From Octopus bimaculoides (Eukaryota): DNA of 33,996 nt. The stretch's first letter is position 1. The number at the start of each line of letters is the position of its first letter. The translations under genes and the position numbers were made by a program. Under the pieces are notes generated by a model, which was given only the letters and a program-made list of their open reading frames with translations, ran no database searches and was not told the DNA's origin. The DNA is taken from contig NC_068984.1 in assembly GCF_001194135.2 (NCBI RefSeq), positions 14,446,463 to 14,480,458 on the forward strand. The letters run 5' to 3'. Below are positions 33,428 through 33,996 of the stretch, piece after piece.

Positions 33428-33556
33428 ATCAATCGTCACATTCTTTCCTCTGATTCAACAACGACACTGGACAGTTCCAGACTTGCAGGACGGCTGGACG
33501 GAGGAGTGGAGACCCAGGTGAAAGAAGTTTTGGGCACCATTTCATTCAGATTTCTG
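33428..33556 (+). other. Candidate internal coding exon; unverified
   Basis: Acceptor TATATTTTTGTAG (AG at 33426-27). Frame INRHILSSDSTTTLDSSRLAGRLDGGVETQ|VKEVLGTISFRFL is open to donor GT at 33518 (90 nt) or 33557 (129 nt), both multiples of three. No homologue recognised. Confidence 0.3.
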
Positions 33557-33996
33557 GTACATGTTTTTTTGTTTTTTGTTGTTGTTGTTGGTTTTTAATA
33601 ATTTTTTTTTATATTTGTTTATTTGTTGGTTGGTTAGTTTGTTAATGAATTTTTATTTTTTCAAAAAAAAAAATTATATTGCTAATTAATAATATATAAT
33701 TCCACAACCAACCATTTGTTTGCCCGTTGTTCTAAACATCATCATAATCGTTATAATCATCATCGTCATCATCGTCATCATTGCTATGAGATAATCAACA
33801 AGTCCTACTATGTATGCGATCTCCATATACCGCTAACATTACGCCACCTCCAAACATAGACGTCACCCTTATCCACACAAAATCCACTGAAATCGCGACC
33901 AGCAACAAAAAACACATTCAAATAAACCTATCTGTGTGTCAGACTGTGTTTTTCAGACGATATATATGTGTGTGTGTATTTACAGATGTATATATA

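Overview
AT-rich eukaryotic (animal) draft-genome DNA with many N gaps. It is dominated by microsatellites, tRNA-derived SINEs and decayed retroelements. I could not confidently identify any host protein-coding gene, and most entries in the ORF track are artefacts of simple repeats or gaps. The repeat make-up looks like a coleoid cephalopod (octopus-like); this is an inference from recalled SINE sequences, not a search result. Coding relics readable by translation: an RTE-like fragment (~290-530 +); two CR1/L2-group LINE 3' ends (1108-2081 +, 28753-30045 +); a 5'-truncated Neptune-type Penelope-like element with RT and GIY-YIG endonuclease (15316-~17245 -); and several Tx1/L1-clade ORF2 fragments between 24.6 and 31.2 kb, all on +, one of them split by the second CR1. 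Non-coding structure includes at least three SINE groups, two Tc1/mariner-type MITEs, two fold-back inverted repeats, a 21-bp minisatellite carrying a 6x21=126-bp higher-order repeat, and a SINE-derived ~111-113-bp tandem array. The best leads are: (1) a minimal hammerhead-ribozyme-like motif beside the 5' end of the Penelope element, in inverted orientation, plus a second hammerhead-like motif at 19.85 kb; (2) a 3' stem-loop tail shared, with compensatory changes, between a SINE and the CR1-like LINE at 2.0 kb; (3) a one-head, four-body SINE stack joined three times at the same head position; (4) a same-strand pile-up of Tx1 fragments. Two unverified + strand exon candidates are noted (17.9-18.2 kb, 33.4-33.6 kb).
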